Virus record (IMG/VR): IMGVR_UViG_3300025112_006940
Coordinates: 12,547 to 76,546 of that record
Direction: 5' to 3' (one strand)
Source of the DNA: a virus
Length of the DNA: 64,000 nt
The notes under the pieces are model-generated. The model was given only the letters and a program-made list of their open reading frames with translations, ran no database searches and was not told the origin of the DNA. The translations under genes were made by a program, and so were the position numbers. This document shows positions 18,615-28,603 of this stretch, piece by piece (the stretch's first letter is position 1; the number at the start of each line of letters is the position of its first letter).

Positions 18615-21600
18615 GTCAAATTGAAACATATACCCATCTTCATTGCCATTCATCTGGTTCATTAATGGATGGTGTTGCAAAACCTGCTGATAATGCTAAA
18701 CGTGCTGCAGAATTAGGAATGCAAGCAATTGCATTAACAGATCATGGAACTCTTGCAGGATTATTTGAATTTCAAAAAACATGCGAAGAAGTTGGGGTTA
18801 AGCCTATACTTGGCAATGAAATGTATATTGTAGATGATATGAATTCAGGCCCTATTTCAGATGAAGAAAGAGAAACATTATCAAGAGAACAAAGAAAAGA
18901 ATTACAAAGAACTAGAATGAGAACTTCTCATGTAATTTTATTAGCAGAAAATCAAAAAGGGCTTGAAAATCTTTATACATTGAATTATTATGCTAATAAA
19001 AATGGTTATTATTATCGTCCAAGAATTGATCTAAATTTACTTAGGGATCATCATGAAGGATTAATTGCAACAACTACTTGTGTTGCATCTAAAATAGCAA
19101 GATATTTTTTTAATGGAGATGAAAATTTAGCAATTAGGCATTTTGAAGATATGTTAGATTTATTTGGCGAAGATAAGTATTTCATAGAAATGCATCCTCA
19201 TGAAATTGATATGCAGCTTAATTATAACAGATTTTTAATTGATAAAATTAAATCAAAATACAAAGATGTTAAATGTATATTGGCAAATGATTCTCATTAT
19301 GCAAGACCTAACGATAATGAAGCACATAAATTTTTGTTAAGCATTACAACAGATGATATGGTTCCTGGCTGTAAAAATTTGTATGTAGCATCCGAAGAAG
19401 ACATGAGAAAATTTTGGCATGAAAATAATCATGGTAAATACATAGATGAAAAATATTTGAATGAAGCTATTGAAACAACAAAAGAAATTGCTACAAGATG
19501 TAATGCACGTATTGATATGGAATCATTAAAAGAGCCTGAATTTACATTGCCAGAAGGATGGGAGGGACATGACAATAAACATTACATGGGCCATATTTTG
19601 CAAAATGCCCTTAGGGATAAAAGAGATAAGGGGTTAATACCAGAAGATAGAGTTGACGAATATCTTGAACGTCTTAAATATGAATTTAATATAATTGCAG
19701 ATAAAGGCTATATAGATTACTTTCTTATAGTAATGGATTTTATAAAATGGGCTAAAGATAATGACATTCTAGTTGGGCCTGGACGAGGTTCTGCTGCTGG
19801 ATCATTATTATCATGGCTATTGGAAATAATTGAAGTAGATCCAATAAAATATGAATTATCATTTGATAGATTTTTAAATCCGTTGAGAAATAAGGCACCG
19901 GATATTGATACAGATATTGAAAAATACAGAAGAGAAGAAGTAAGGGATTATATTGCTAATAAATGGGGTGAAGCAAATATAGCACCAATTGGGGCATATG
20001 CAAGATATTCAGCAAATAGTTTATTTAGGGAGGTATGCAAAAATCTTGAATACGATTTTTCAGATGTAAATAAAGTTGCTAAAAATATAGATTCTTCAGG
20101 TGATGAATATAGGTCATTAAAAACATTTAAAGAAAATGTAAATGAAAAGTCAGTAATAAAGGCATTCATGGACAAAATTCCAAAAGAAGAAGCTGAACAA
20201 ATATATAGCTTAGTTGGTGCTATTGAAGGTAATTATAGAAATTTAAGTGTTGCTGCAGCTGGAACTATTATTTCGTCTAGACCGCTTTATGAAATTGTGC
20301 CTTTAAGGAAAACAAAAGATGATACAATCATAACTGAATGGGACGGCAGGGATCTTACAGATGCTAAGTATCTTAAAATTGATATGCTTGGAATTGCTAC
20401 ATTATCAATTGTTAAAAATGTAATGGATAGAGTTGGTATGACTATCAGAGAATTATATGATATGCCTTTATACATTGAAGATGTTAAAGATCCAGAAGAA
20501 AAGAAGATCTATGAAAAATGTTATGAAGAATTTAGAAAAGGTCATACAGAGGCAATATTTCAATTTGAATCAGGTGGAATTACTGAGTTAATGAAAAACA
20601 TTTCTCCAGATTCTATAAATGATATATCTGCTACAAATGCATTATACAGACCTGGTCCGTTAGCTACAGGCGCAGCAAGTAACTTCTATAAAAGAAAGAA
20701 CAAAAAGACTGATGTTTTTAAGAATGAATTTCATCCTACATTGTTTGATAACGTATTAAAGGAAACATATGGTCTTATAGTTTATGAAGAACAAATTACT
20801 GAAATGTTTAATTTATTAGGGCTTGATTATGGCGATGCAGATATATTGAGAAGAGGTATGGAAGAACATGACCAAGAAAAAACACAGCATTATCTTGACA
20901 AATTATTAGCAAAGCCAGAATCAGAATTACCATTTAGCAAGGCTGAAGTTAAACAAACATTTGAAAATATTCAAAGACATGAAGGCTATGCATTTAATAA
21001 ATCTCATTCATTATCATATGCGATTGTTGCTTTTTGGACAATGTACATGAAAGTGAAATACAAAAAAGAATTTTGCGAAGAGGTTTTAAATGACCATATT
21101 AATGATGATGGAAAATTACCAATGTATATTAACATGACATTAAATTGTTTTCCAGATTTGAAGTTAAGCATGGGTGATATTAACATGTTTTCAGATAAGT
21201 TTGTTATTGAAGATGGTCAACTTAAATTTGCATTAAATACTACAAAAGGTATTGGAAAAGCCTTAATTAAGAAATTGCTTAAGATGAAAAATGATGGTAA
21301 GGTTTGGGAAAATTTTCAAGATTTCTTTATGAATAGCAAAATTTCTGTTAACAACATCATTAATTTGGTAAAAATAGGAATATTTGATAATACTGATTTT
21401 GGTAATGGTAGAAATTATAATAGAAAAACATTAGTTGATATTATTGAGTTTTTAGAAATAATAAGAAGCGCAAAAGTAAAGGAAAAAAAGCCATTTTTTG
21501 AAAAACTTGGCATAGATAACATTGAAGGTATGTTTAATCATGATATCATAAAAAAATATATGTCTAATATTGGTGGAAATATAGATCAAAAAGATTACAG

Positions 21601-21985
21601 TGCAAGGGATCTTGCAATAATTGAAAATGATCTCATTGGCTTTAGATTAACTGGCGATAGTGATGAATTTATACAGGCTATAACTTCTGCAGGAGTTATG
21701 GCATGTGGTAACTGGAAATCTAAATTGGAACCTGTATGGGGCAAAATAACAAATGTGGATATGAAAAAGACAAAAAGAGGGCAACCATATGCAGTGGCAA
21801 AAATAACAGATAATGAAACATCTATAAGCTTAAAATTATGGTCTAATCAACTTAAAAAATATGGTGGGATGCTTATCAATGGAAATGTAATTGTAGTAAA
21901 TCTTTCAAAAGATAGGTTTGGTTATGCATTAGTAAATGCAAAGCATGAAGATACAATGTTTGATGAATTTTCTATGACAACATAA
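18611..21985 (+). CDS. dnaE: DNA polymerase III alpha subunit (family C)
   Basis: PHP HLHCHS/LTDHG, GPGRGSAAGSL, PDIDTD, KIDMLG, YAFNKSHS, C-terminal OB fold. Confidence 0.96.
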   Translation: MSQIETYTHLHCHSSGSLMDGVAKPADNAKRAAELGMQAIALTDHGTLAGLFEFQKTCEEVGVKPILGNEMYIVDDMNSGPISDEERETLSREQRKELQRTRMRTSHVILLAENQKGLENLYTLNYYANKNGYYYRPRIDLNLLRDHHEGLIATTTCVASKIARYFFNGDENLAIRHFEDMLDLFGEDKYFIEMHPHEIDMQLNYNRFLIDKIKSKYKDVKCILANDSHYARPNDNEAHKFLLSITTDDMVPGCKNLYVASEEDMRKFWHENNHGKYIDEKYLNEAIETTKEIATRCNARIDMESLKEPEFTLPEGWEGHDNKHYMGHILQNALRDKRDKGLIPEDRVDEYLERLKYEFNIIADKGYIDYFLIVMDFIKWAKDNDILVGPGRGSAAGSLLSWLLEIIEVDPIKYELSFDRFLNPLRNKAPDIDTDIEKYRREEVRDYIANKWGEANIAPIGAYARYSANSLFREVCKNLEYDFSDVNKVAKNIDSSGDEYRSLKTFKENVNEKSVIKAFMDKIPKEEAEQIYSLVGAIEGNYRNLSVAAAGTIISSRPLYEIVPLRKTKDDTIITEWDGRDLTDAKYLKIDMLGIATLSIVKNVMDRVGMTIRELYDMPLYIEDVKDPEEKKIYEKCYEEFRKGHTEAIFQFESGGITELMKNISPDSINDISATNALYRPGPLATGAASNFYKRKNKKTDVFKNEFHPTLFDNVLKETYGLIVYEEQITEMFNLLGLDYGDADILRRGMEEHDQEKTQHYLDKLLAKPESELPFSKAEVKQTFENIQRHEGYAFNKSHSLSYAIVAFWTMYMKVKYKKEFCEEVLNDHINDDGKLPMYINMTLNCFPDLKLSMGDINMFSDKFVIEDGQLKFALNTTKGIGKALIKKLLKMKNDGKVWENFQDFFMNSKISVNNIINLVKIGIFDNTDFGNGRNYNRKTLVDIIEFLEIIRSAKVKEKKPFFEKLGIDNIEGMFNHDIIKKYMSNIGGNIDQKDYSARDLAIIENDLIGFRLTGDSDEFIQAITSAGVMACGNWKSKLEPVWGKITNVDMKKTKRGQPYAVAKITDNETSISLKLWSNQLKKYGGMLINGNVIVVNLSKDRFGYALVNAKHEDTMFDEFSMTT

Positions 21986-22001
21986 GGGGAAGAATAACAA
22001 A

Positions 22002-22388
22002 ATGGATAGACTTGAGCAAATGTTTGAACAACAAAAATATCTACAAGAATATCTTGCAAGATATAAACCAGACGCAGCTTGTATTCCTGGTGCAGATGAA
22101 GAGGAAAAGTTTAAAAATATGATTTTATTGCTTATAAAAGAATGTACAGAAGTTTTAGATGAGATTAATTTTAAACCGCATAAATTATCTAAGATTAAGG
22201 TAAATAAAGATAAAATAGCAGAAGAGTTAGTAGATGTATTAAAATATTGGATGAATCTTGCATTATTAACAGGGTTAGATACTGATGATATATATGCCAT
22301 GTTTATAAAAAAATCATCGATAGTTTTAGAAAGATTCAAAGAGGAATTAAAAAATGCTAAAAAAGGACACGGCCAAGTTAACAATTAA
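22002..22388 (+). CDS. All-alpha NTP pyrophosphatase (MazG/dimeric dUTPase/T4 gp56 dCTPase-like)
   Basis: ECTEVLDE and EELVDVLKY motifs. Confidence 0.8.
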   Translation: MDRLEQMFEQQKYLQEYLARYKPDAACIPGADEEEKFKNMILLLIKECTEVLDEINFKPHKLSKIKVNKDKIAEELVDVLKYWMNLALLTGLDTDDIYAMFIKKSSIVLERFKEELKNAKKGHGQVNN

Positions 22389-22896
22389 TGAAATTGAAGG
22401 AAGTAAGAAAGGAATGCTTGCAACAAAGATCGTTTATAATACAATTATAGAAAATCATTTTAAAATATGGTTCATATGCAATTCTCCAGGAAATAGATTA
22501 TTTTACATAACTATTAACGATGGCGTTGGAGGCACAGTAGCATTTACAGATTACAATATAGCATTTTCGGCGTTAAATAATAATCTATTTAAACCAGCGC
22601 TTTTAAAAGCATTTGGATCAGAAATAATATTATCAAGATTATCGCTTTTCTATGTTAAAGAAATGCTTAACGAAAATAATGTTGCATTTTTAGGAACAAT
22701 TTTGGTTAACCCTACTAGAGAATTTTTTACGCCAATATCATTACATTTTTTTAGTAAATTAGATTCTCTTAAGGTAAATGAATATGAAATTGATTTAGAT
22801 TTAGAAGGCGGCGACTATGTAGCATTAAAATATGATAAAGAAACTATGAGTTATTTATCACAGGAAAATGATGATTATCTAGATTTATTAGTATGA
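22354..22896 (+). CDS. Hypothetical protein
   Basis: Long ORF in operon. Confidence 0.6.
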   Translation: MLKKDTAKLTINEIEGSKKGMLATKIVYNTIIENHFKIWFICNSPGNRLFYITINDGVGGTVAFTDYNIAFSALNNNLFKPALLKAFGSEIILSRLSLFYVKEMLNENNVAFLGTILVNPTREFFTPISLHFFSKLDSLKVNEYEIDLDLEGGDYVALKYDKETMSYLSQENDDYLDLLV

Positions 22897-22902
22897 TAGA
22901 AT

Positions 22903-22910
22903 ATATTTAT
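22903..22910 (+). promoter_or_regulatory. Putative late-promoter motif ATATTTAT
   Basis: Intergenic; same octamer precedes structural genes. Confidence 0.45.
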
Positions 22911-23029
22911 ATAAATTGTAAGAGCTAACTATTTGCATAATCAACGCTGATACTGTCTCCCATAATACAAATTCAGCAGAATTTGAATGTGTATTTGGTT
23001 AGCTCGCTTGTTATTAATTTGGAGGTAAA

Positions 23030-23395
23030 ATGGAAGAAGAAAGTGCATTAGATATTGATGAAGCAACATTATCAACTAGAATTATTCTTATAAAAGATCA
23101 ATTAATAAATATATCAAAATCTTTAAGAGGGGCAATTCCAACAACTTTAGGTGATGATGCATTAATAGAAGACGATAATTTTAAGCATTGGATGCTAAGC
23201 AATTTGATTATAGAAGGAATGGAAAATGATTCTAACAATGAAGATTTTAATAGATTTTTATATTTTATGTTTGAGCAAGTAGGTGGAAATGTTGCAAGAT
23301 TAATAGATCAATATGAATTGGAAATTAATAATATTCCAGGTGGCACATATAGTTTCAATCTTATCATTAAGGAACCGGAGCAAAAGGATGAATAA
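23030..23395 (+). CDS. Hypothetical protein
   Basis: GGAGG SD. Confidence 0.65.
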   Translation: MEEESALDIDEATLSTRIILIKDQLINISKSLRGAIPTTLGDDALIEDDNFKHWMLSNLIIEGMENDSNNEDFNRFLYFMFEQVGGNVARLIDQYELEINNIPGGTYSFNLIIKEPEQKDE

Positions 23396-23834
23396 TGGAA
23401 TAGATCATGAACTTATAAAAATAACTGAAGTAATGGCAATTATTAATAAGGATATTGAAATAAGTAGGCAAACTATTAATACTACTCAGGCAAAATTAGA
23501 GTTGCTTACTGGAGAAAAAAAGTTTTATGATACAATTACATCTAACGATTATATGATGATGCTTAAGACGCTTAACATAGTGCTGCTTAATTTAACAATC
23601 GCTAAAAATCAATCATTAGATACATTAGATATATTAATGAAAGAAGGCGAAAAAATTATGAAAGGTACTGATGAAAAAATACATGCTCAATCACAAAATG
23701 TAAAACCTACAAATATTTCTAAGGAAGAAAATGAACATATAATAGGTGCATTTAATTACGCGAATAATCTTATGAAAACACTTGAAAAAACAAGTTTATC
23801 AGGAGATGATAATGAGCAAAAGGAAAAGAATTAA
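23388..23834 (+). CDS. Hypothetical coiled-coil protein
   Basis: Likely start MNNG overlapping the upstream stop. Confidence 0.55.
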   Translation: MNNGIDHELIKITEVMAIINKDIEISRQTINTTQAKLELLTGEKKFYDTITSNDYMMMLKTLNIVLLNLTIAKNQSLDTLDILMKEGEKIMKGTDEKIHAQSQNVKPTNISKEENEHIIGAFNYANNLMKTLEKTSLSGDDNEQKEKN

Positions 23835-24378
23835 AAAGGTTCGCCAAAAGAAAATAAAGCTTAAGGAAATAGAGATTGACAATAACATAATAAATTATTT
23901 TGTGTATTCTTCAGTTCCAGAAAAACTTCAACCTAATAATGAACTTGTAGGTAAAATATTTCAAGTAGCAGGTAAAAAATTAAATGATCTATTCAAATTG
24001 CAAAATGTATATGAAAATCATGTAATGATGATGGATGAATCAGGGGCAGCTAGGGCATTTAAAAAAGAATCTGTTGCATTACATACTGATGAAAATAAAA
24101 GAGATGCAGATTTAAGTTTGGCATTTTTAATAGCAAAAGCTGCTTCCAAGAAAAGAGGAAAAAGAAGGAAATGAGCGGAAATAAAATAATCACTCCTGGA
24201 GATTTAAATACGCAAGGTTTAAAACCAAGTGAAGTTGATCCATTAGATTTTATGGTTTCAATAGCTGGAAGAATGAAATTAGCTGAACAAGAAATTGCTA
24301 CATTAAGGATTAGGTTACATAATGCCGAAGTTAATTATGAAATGGCCTTAGAAAGAATAAGTAAGATAGAGAATAAGG

Positions 24379-24840
24379 ATGTCAAGTGAATATGATAAAT
24401 ATCATACAAGAATAATTGATGTTAAGGCAAGATTATATAAGACAGCTTTAAAAAGCTCAAAAAAAAGAATGTCAGATCCTGGCAGAGCTAGAAAAAAGAA
24501 AAAAAGAACTGCACCAGAAAAAATGATGATGAGAATATTGGATATGATGGGCCTTCCTTATGAAGAAGAATATTCAATTCCATTTGCGAATTCTTATAGG
24601 GTATTTGATTTTAGAATAGGCGATGATCTACTTATAGAAGTTGATGGTGATTTTTTTCATGGCAATTCAGAAGTTGTAAAGAAATATACAACAATGCATA
24701 TAAAAAATAAACAAAATGATATTATAAAAAATTGGATTGCAAGAAAAAAAGGTTTTAAGCTTTTAAGATTTTGGCAATCTGATATTCAACACGATGAAGA
24801 TTATGTTATTACAGAAATAAACAAGCATTTTACAGATTAA
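24379..24840 (+). CDS. DUF559/Vsr-like endonuclease
   Basis: FDF..LLIEVDGDFFHG, ND..KN..A..KGFKLLRFWQ. Confidence 0.85.
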   Translation: MSSEYDKYHTRIIDVKARLYKTALKSSKKRMSDPGRARKKKKRTAPEKMMMRILDMMGLPYEEEYSIPFANSYRVFDFRIGDDLLIEVDGDFFHGNSEVVKKYTTMHIKNKQNDIIKNWIARKKGFKLLRFWQSDIQHDEDYVITEINKHFTD

Positions 24841-24888
24841 ATGTTTAAAAAATAATGTAAATGCTTTATTAAAATTTGGAGAAGAAAG

Positions 24889-25368
24889 TTGGCCGATCAA
24901 TGGAGAAAGAAATTTAAGGTACAAAAGTTTAAGCATGTAACAGTAGGAGGATTTTATGAACATAAATTAAAACCATGGATGATTACATTTTTAGTTGGTT
25001 TCAAAATCAAAACAACTCCTCTTGCAAAAGATTATTTTCCTAATCAAAATGATATGCTTAGAAATCTTGCAAATAATCACATTAGCTTAAGAAAATTAGA
25101 TAGGGCAGTTGAAGCATTTGTATTACCTGGGTGGCAATGGAATGGTGTAAGATATTCATATAATCATAATCCAAAACAAATAGATTTTGATAGACAATCT
25201 CCATTCCAGTTTGATGCATTTATGATTGCTGATCCAGCATATGAACAAAATAGAGATTATAAAACTATGCAATGGGCATTTAAATTTTATGCAACACATA
25301 TTGCAGCAATGGACGAATTACAAACAAATGAATTTTTTGAATTTACTCCAACCAAAAGCGTAAAATAG
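24889..25368 (+). CDS. Hypothetical protein
   Basis: GGAGA SD, TTG start. Confidence 0.6.
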   Translation: MADQWRKKFKVQKFKHVTVGGFYEHKLKPWMITFLVGFKIKTTPLAKDYFPNQNDMLRNLANNHISLRKLDRAVEAFVLPGWQWNGVRYSYNHNPKQIDFDRQSPFQFDAFMIADPAYEQNRDYKTMQWAFKFYATHIAAMDELQTNEFFEFTPTKSVK

Positions 25369-25376
25369 GGGGCAGC

Positions 25377-26075
25377 ATGAGCAATGTTTTTTTGAAAATT
25401 CATCCGCTTGATAGAAATAACAAACCTATTAAAACACACTGTTTTGATATGGAAAATAACATGTTTGTAAAGGTAAACCAAAGGGCTACAAAAAATATTC
25501 CAAATAAAAAGTACTTTACAAGAGATGAAAAAATTGGAAAATTTAAAGTCCTAAGGGCAAGAAATGAATTTAAAGAAACATTGATGGAAGAATTTCAAAG
25601 GGATCATAGGAATCTTAAAAGACGAAAAATCGAAACGCATTTATTATTTTCAGATAAGACAGTACTTGTCCTATCTCAACCGCATAAATACATATATAAA
25701 AGTCAAAGACCAATTAAGCATAAATTTGCATTTGATGTATTAAATAATGAATTTATTTTAATTTCAAATGAAACTTGGAAAAATGAAGGATTACATAAGT
25801 TTGGCAGAGGTTTTTTAGTTAGAAAAGAAAATGGTAAGTGGAAAAAAATTATGCCTATTTCTGAAGGCAAATTTACTAAAGAATTAGATGAAATACAACT
25901 TCAGGGTATTCATGATATTGTAGGAGAAAATTTACTTTTATGGATATCTAAATCTAAGTATGATAATATGTGCAATAGGTGCAAGAAAACATGCAAACAA
26001 CCTAAGCTTACTGAATTAATGTTTTGTAAAACATTTGACGCTATTAAATCAAGAAAGAAAAGGGCTGTTAAATGA
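25377..26075 (+). CDS. Basic hypothetical protein with C-terminal Cys cluster
   Basis: CNRCKKTCKQ...C. Confidence 0.65.
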   Translation: MSNVFLKIHPLDRNNKPIKTHCFDMENNMFVKVNQRATKNIPNKKYFTRDEKIGKFKVLRARNEFKETLMEEFQRDHRNLKRRKIETHLLFSDKTVLVLSQPHKYIYKSQRPIKHKFAFDVLNNEFILISNETWKNEGLHKFGRGFLVRKENGKWKKIMPISEGKFTKELDEIQLQGIHDIVGENLLLWISKSKYDNMCNRCKKTCKQPKLTELMFCKTFDAIKSRKKRAVK

Positions 26076-26695
26076 TTGATAAAAAAGCAGCTAAGGCTGT
26101 TGATCAAGCAATAAAGGTTTTAAATAAATACATACTTGAGTCTGATAAAATTTCAAATGAAAGAAAAGATCAGGTTAACAATGTATTAGAAGTTTTAGGT
26201 GAGAGGTTATTTACTGCACCGGCTTCAACAAAAACTGCAATGCATTCAGCATATCCTGGCGGATTGATTGTTCATTCATTAGCAGTAACAAGGAGAATAT
26301 TTGATTTATGCGGCGCATTTGAGGTTTCAGAAGAAGATGTGCCGCATGACTCAAAAGTAATTGTTGGTTTATTCCATGATATTGGAAAAATAGGAACATA
26401 TGATGGAATACCTCAATATATGCCAGAAGAATCAGAATGGCATAGAACCAAACTTGGCCAAATATATAATTACAATAAAAATCTTGATGATGCACTTACA
26501 CATGCTCAAAGATCAGCAAGATTATTAGGGCAATGCGGATTGATTTTAACTGATCAAGAATATGCATCAATATTGATTCATGATGGAATTTATATTGAAA
26601 CAAATAAATCAAGAGAAGCTATGTATACTAAAATTAAATTAGCGAGAATTGCACATTTTGCTGATTCATGGGTTGCTTTACAGGAGGATATTTAA
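26072..26695 (+). CDS. HD-domain phosphohydrolase
   Basis: APAS...H.AYPGGL..HS, LFHDIGKIG, HDG, HFAD. Confidence 0.9.
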   Translation: MIDKKAAKAVDQAIKVLNKYILESDKISNERKDQVNNVLEVLGERLFTAPASTKTAMHSAYPGGLIVHSLAVTRRIFDLCGAFEVSEEDVPHDSKVIVGLFHDIGKIGTYDGIPQYMPEESEWHRTKLGQIYNYNKNLDDALTHAQRSARLLGQCGLILTDQEYASILIHDGIYIETNKSREAMYTKIKLARIAHFADSWVALQEDI

Positions 26696-26696
26696 T

Positions 26697-27497
26697 ATGA
26701 AACTTACATTCGTAGGTTGTGGTTCTGCATTTAATAAGTTAAGTCTTCAAAGCAATATGCTTTTAGAAGCTGAGTCTGGTAAAAAAATGCTTATTGATTG
26801 TGGTTCTTATGCGCATATAGGATTATTATCTGCATTAGGGATTAATGAAACAAATTATGCAGATGAAATTGATTCTATTTATATTTCACATCAACATGGA
26901 GATCATATTGATGGGTTAGAAGAAATTGCATTTTGCACATATTTTAATCCTAATGCTCCAAAAATTGCACTTTATTGCGAGCAATATCTAATGCATAGAA
27001 TTTGGGATGAAAGTCTTAAAGGTGGATTAGGATCTGTTCAAGGCAAAGTAATGCATCTTACAGATTATTTTGATTGTAGGCCATTGAATGTTAATGTTAT
27101 AAATCAATGGGAGGGAATTAATTTTGAATTAGTTCAAACACTTCATGTGATGAATGGATTTGAATTTGTTCCAAGCTATGGTTTAATGATAAAAGAAGAA
27201 AAGGTAAATGCTAAAAATATATTTTTAACAACAGATACACAACATTGCCCAAATCAAATTCAAGATTTTTATGATATGGCAGATGTTATATTTCATGATT
27301 GTGAAACAGCACCTTATTTTTCTGGTGTTCATGCCCGCTATGATGAATTAAAAACGCTGAATAAAGAAACAAAAAAGAAAATGTGGTTATATCATTATCA
27401 ACCGGAACCACCACAAATGAAAACTGCAAGAGAAGATGGTTTTAGAGGACTAGTTACAAGAGGCCAAAGTTTTAAGTACGAGGTGAAAAATGAGTGA
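26697..27497 (+). CDS. MBL-fold hydrolase, Apyc1-like (anti-Pycsar cyclic-NMP phosphodiesterase)
   Basis: GCGSAF, LIDCG, SHQHGDHIDGLEE, WDESLKGGL, LTDYF, FHDC, GVHA..DEL, LYHY. Confidence 0.8.
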   Translation: MKLTFVGCGSAFNKLSLQSNMLLEAESGKKMLIDCGSYAHIGLLSALGINETNYADEIDSIYISHQHGDHIDGLEEIAFCTYFNPNAPKIALYCEQYLMHRIWDESLKGGLGSVQGKVMHLTDYFDCRPLNVNVINQWEGINFELVQTLHVMNGFEFVPSYGLMIKEEKVNAKNIFLTTDTQHCPNQIQDFYDMADVIFHDCETAPYFSGVHARYDELKTLNKETKKKMWLYHYQPEPPQMKTAREDGFRGLVTRGQSFKYEVKNE

Positions 27498-28509
27498 ATT
27501 AATTGTTGAAGTTTGTAAAATAGATGAAATAAGATCACATAGTAATGCAGATAAATTAGAAATTGCTATAGTGAAGGGGTGGTCTGTTATTACACAAAAA
27601 GGAAAATATAAGGCTGGAGATCTAGTTGTCCATGTTCCCCCAGATACGATTCTTACTGAAGAACTTTCAGAACAGCTCGAAGTTACAAAATACCTTTCTA
27701 AGCAAAGAGTAAAGGCTGTAAGATTACGTGGTGAAATGAGTTTTGGTTTAATATTTGAGCCACCACTTGGGCATCATCAAGAAGGTACGTCAGTTGTAGA
27801 TTTTTATAAAATGAGAAAATGGGAGCCACCTGAAGAATCTATTCAAGGTGATTCAGAAGTAGATGCTACATTTTTTGTTAAATACACAAGCATTGAAAAC
27901 TATAGAAATTTTCCTTTGATGATTGCTGAAGGTGAAGATGTAATTATAACTGAAAAAATTCATGGAACAAATTCAAGAGTAGGATATTGTTTTGATACTA
28001 AGGCGCAAGAACCTATTTTCATGATTGGCTCTCATAACAGACGAAGAAAAATTGATGTTGAGAGCTTATATCATAAACCATTAACTGATAATGTAAAATC
28101 ATTGCTTAAACAATTATATGATAGCTGGGACAATTGTGCAGCAGTAATTTTATATGGCGAAATTTATGGACGTGGTATTCAAGATTTAGGTTATGATATA
28201 GAACATTCTTTTGCTGCATTTGATATAAAGAGAGATGATCATTATTTTGATTATTCAGCAATGAAAGATTTATGTGATTCATTTGAAATTCCAACAGTTC
28301 CAGTATTATATCGTGGCCCATTTAGCAAAGAAATTTTAGAAAAATATTACATGGGCACTACAATAGTTGGAAATAATTCAAATCAAATTAGGGAAGGCGT
28401 TGTTGTTAAACCAACTTTTGAACATAGAAATGCTCGTGGTCGTAGAGTAATATTGAAAATGATAAGCGATGATTATCTCGTTAGAAAAGATGGTACAGAA
28501 AGACATTAG
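27490..28509 (+). CDS. RNA ligase, DRB0094 family
   Basis: N-terminal HSNADKLE OB-like module; TEKIHGTN, YGEIYG, FDI, REGVVVKP, LKMIS. Confidence 0.9.
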   Translation: MSELIVEVCKIDEIRSHSNADKLEIAIVKGWSVITQKGKYKAGDLVVHVPPDTILTEELSEQLEVTKYLSKQRVKAVRLRGEMSFGLIFEPPLGHHQEGTSVVDFYKMRKWEPPEESIQGDSEVDATFFVKYTSIENYRNFPLMIAEGEDVIITEKIHGTNSRVGYCFDTKAQEPIFMIGSHNRRRKIDVESLYHKPLTDNVKSLLKQLYDSWDNCAAVILYGEIYGRGIQDLGYDIEHSFAAFDIKRDDHYFDYSAMKDLCDSFEIPTVPVLYRGPFSKEILEKYYMGTTIVGNNSNQIREGVVVKPTFEHRNARGRRVILKMISDDYLVRKDGTERH

Positions 28510-28586
28510 CACGTGTATCCAAATTGGACAAAGGAAACGGACTGCAAATCCGTTCTGTGAGAGTTCGAGTCCCTCCGCGTGCTCCA
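28509..28586 (+). tRNA. tRNA-Cys(GCA)
   Basis: ACGGA-CT-GCA-AA-TCCGT, U73, CCA. Confidence 0.9.
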
Positions 28587-28603
28587 AAAATTAAGGAAAA
28601 AAG

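Noticed and set aside
18611-21985. Intein or intron in DnaE (also checked RNR, helicase and terminase)
   Set aside because: Normal lengths and no splice-junction or LAGLIDADG motifs seen
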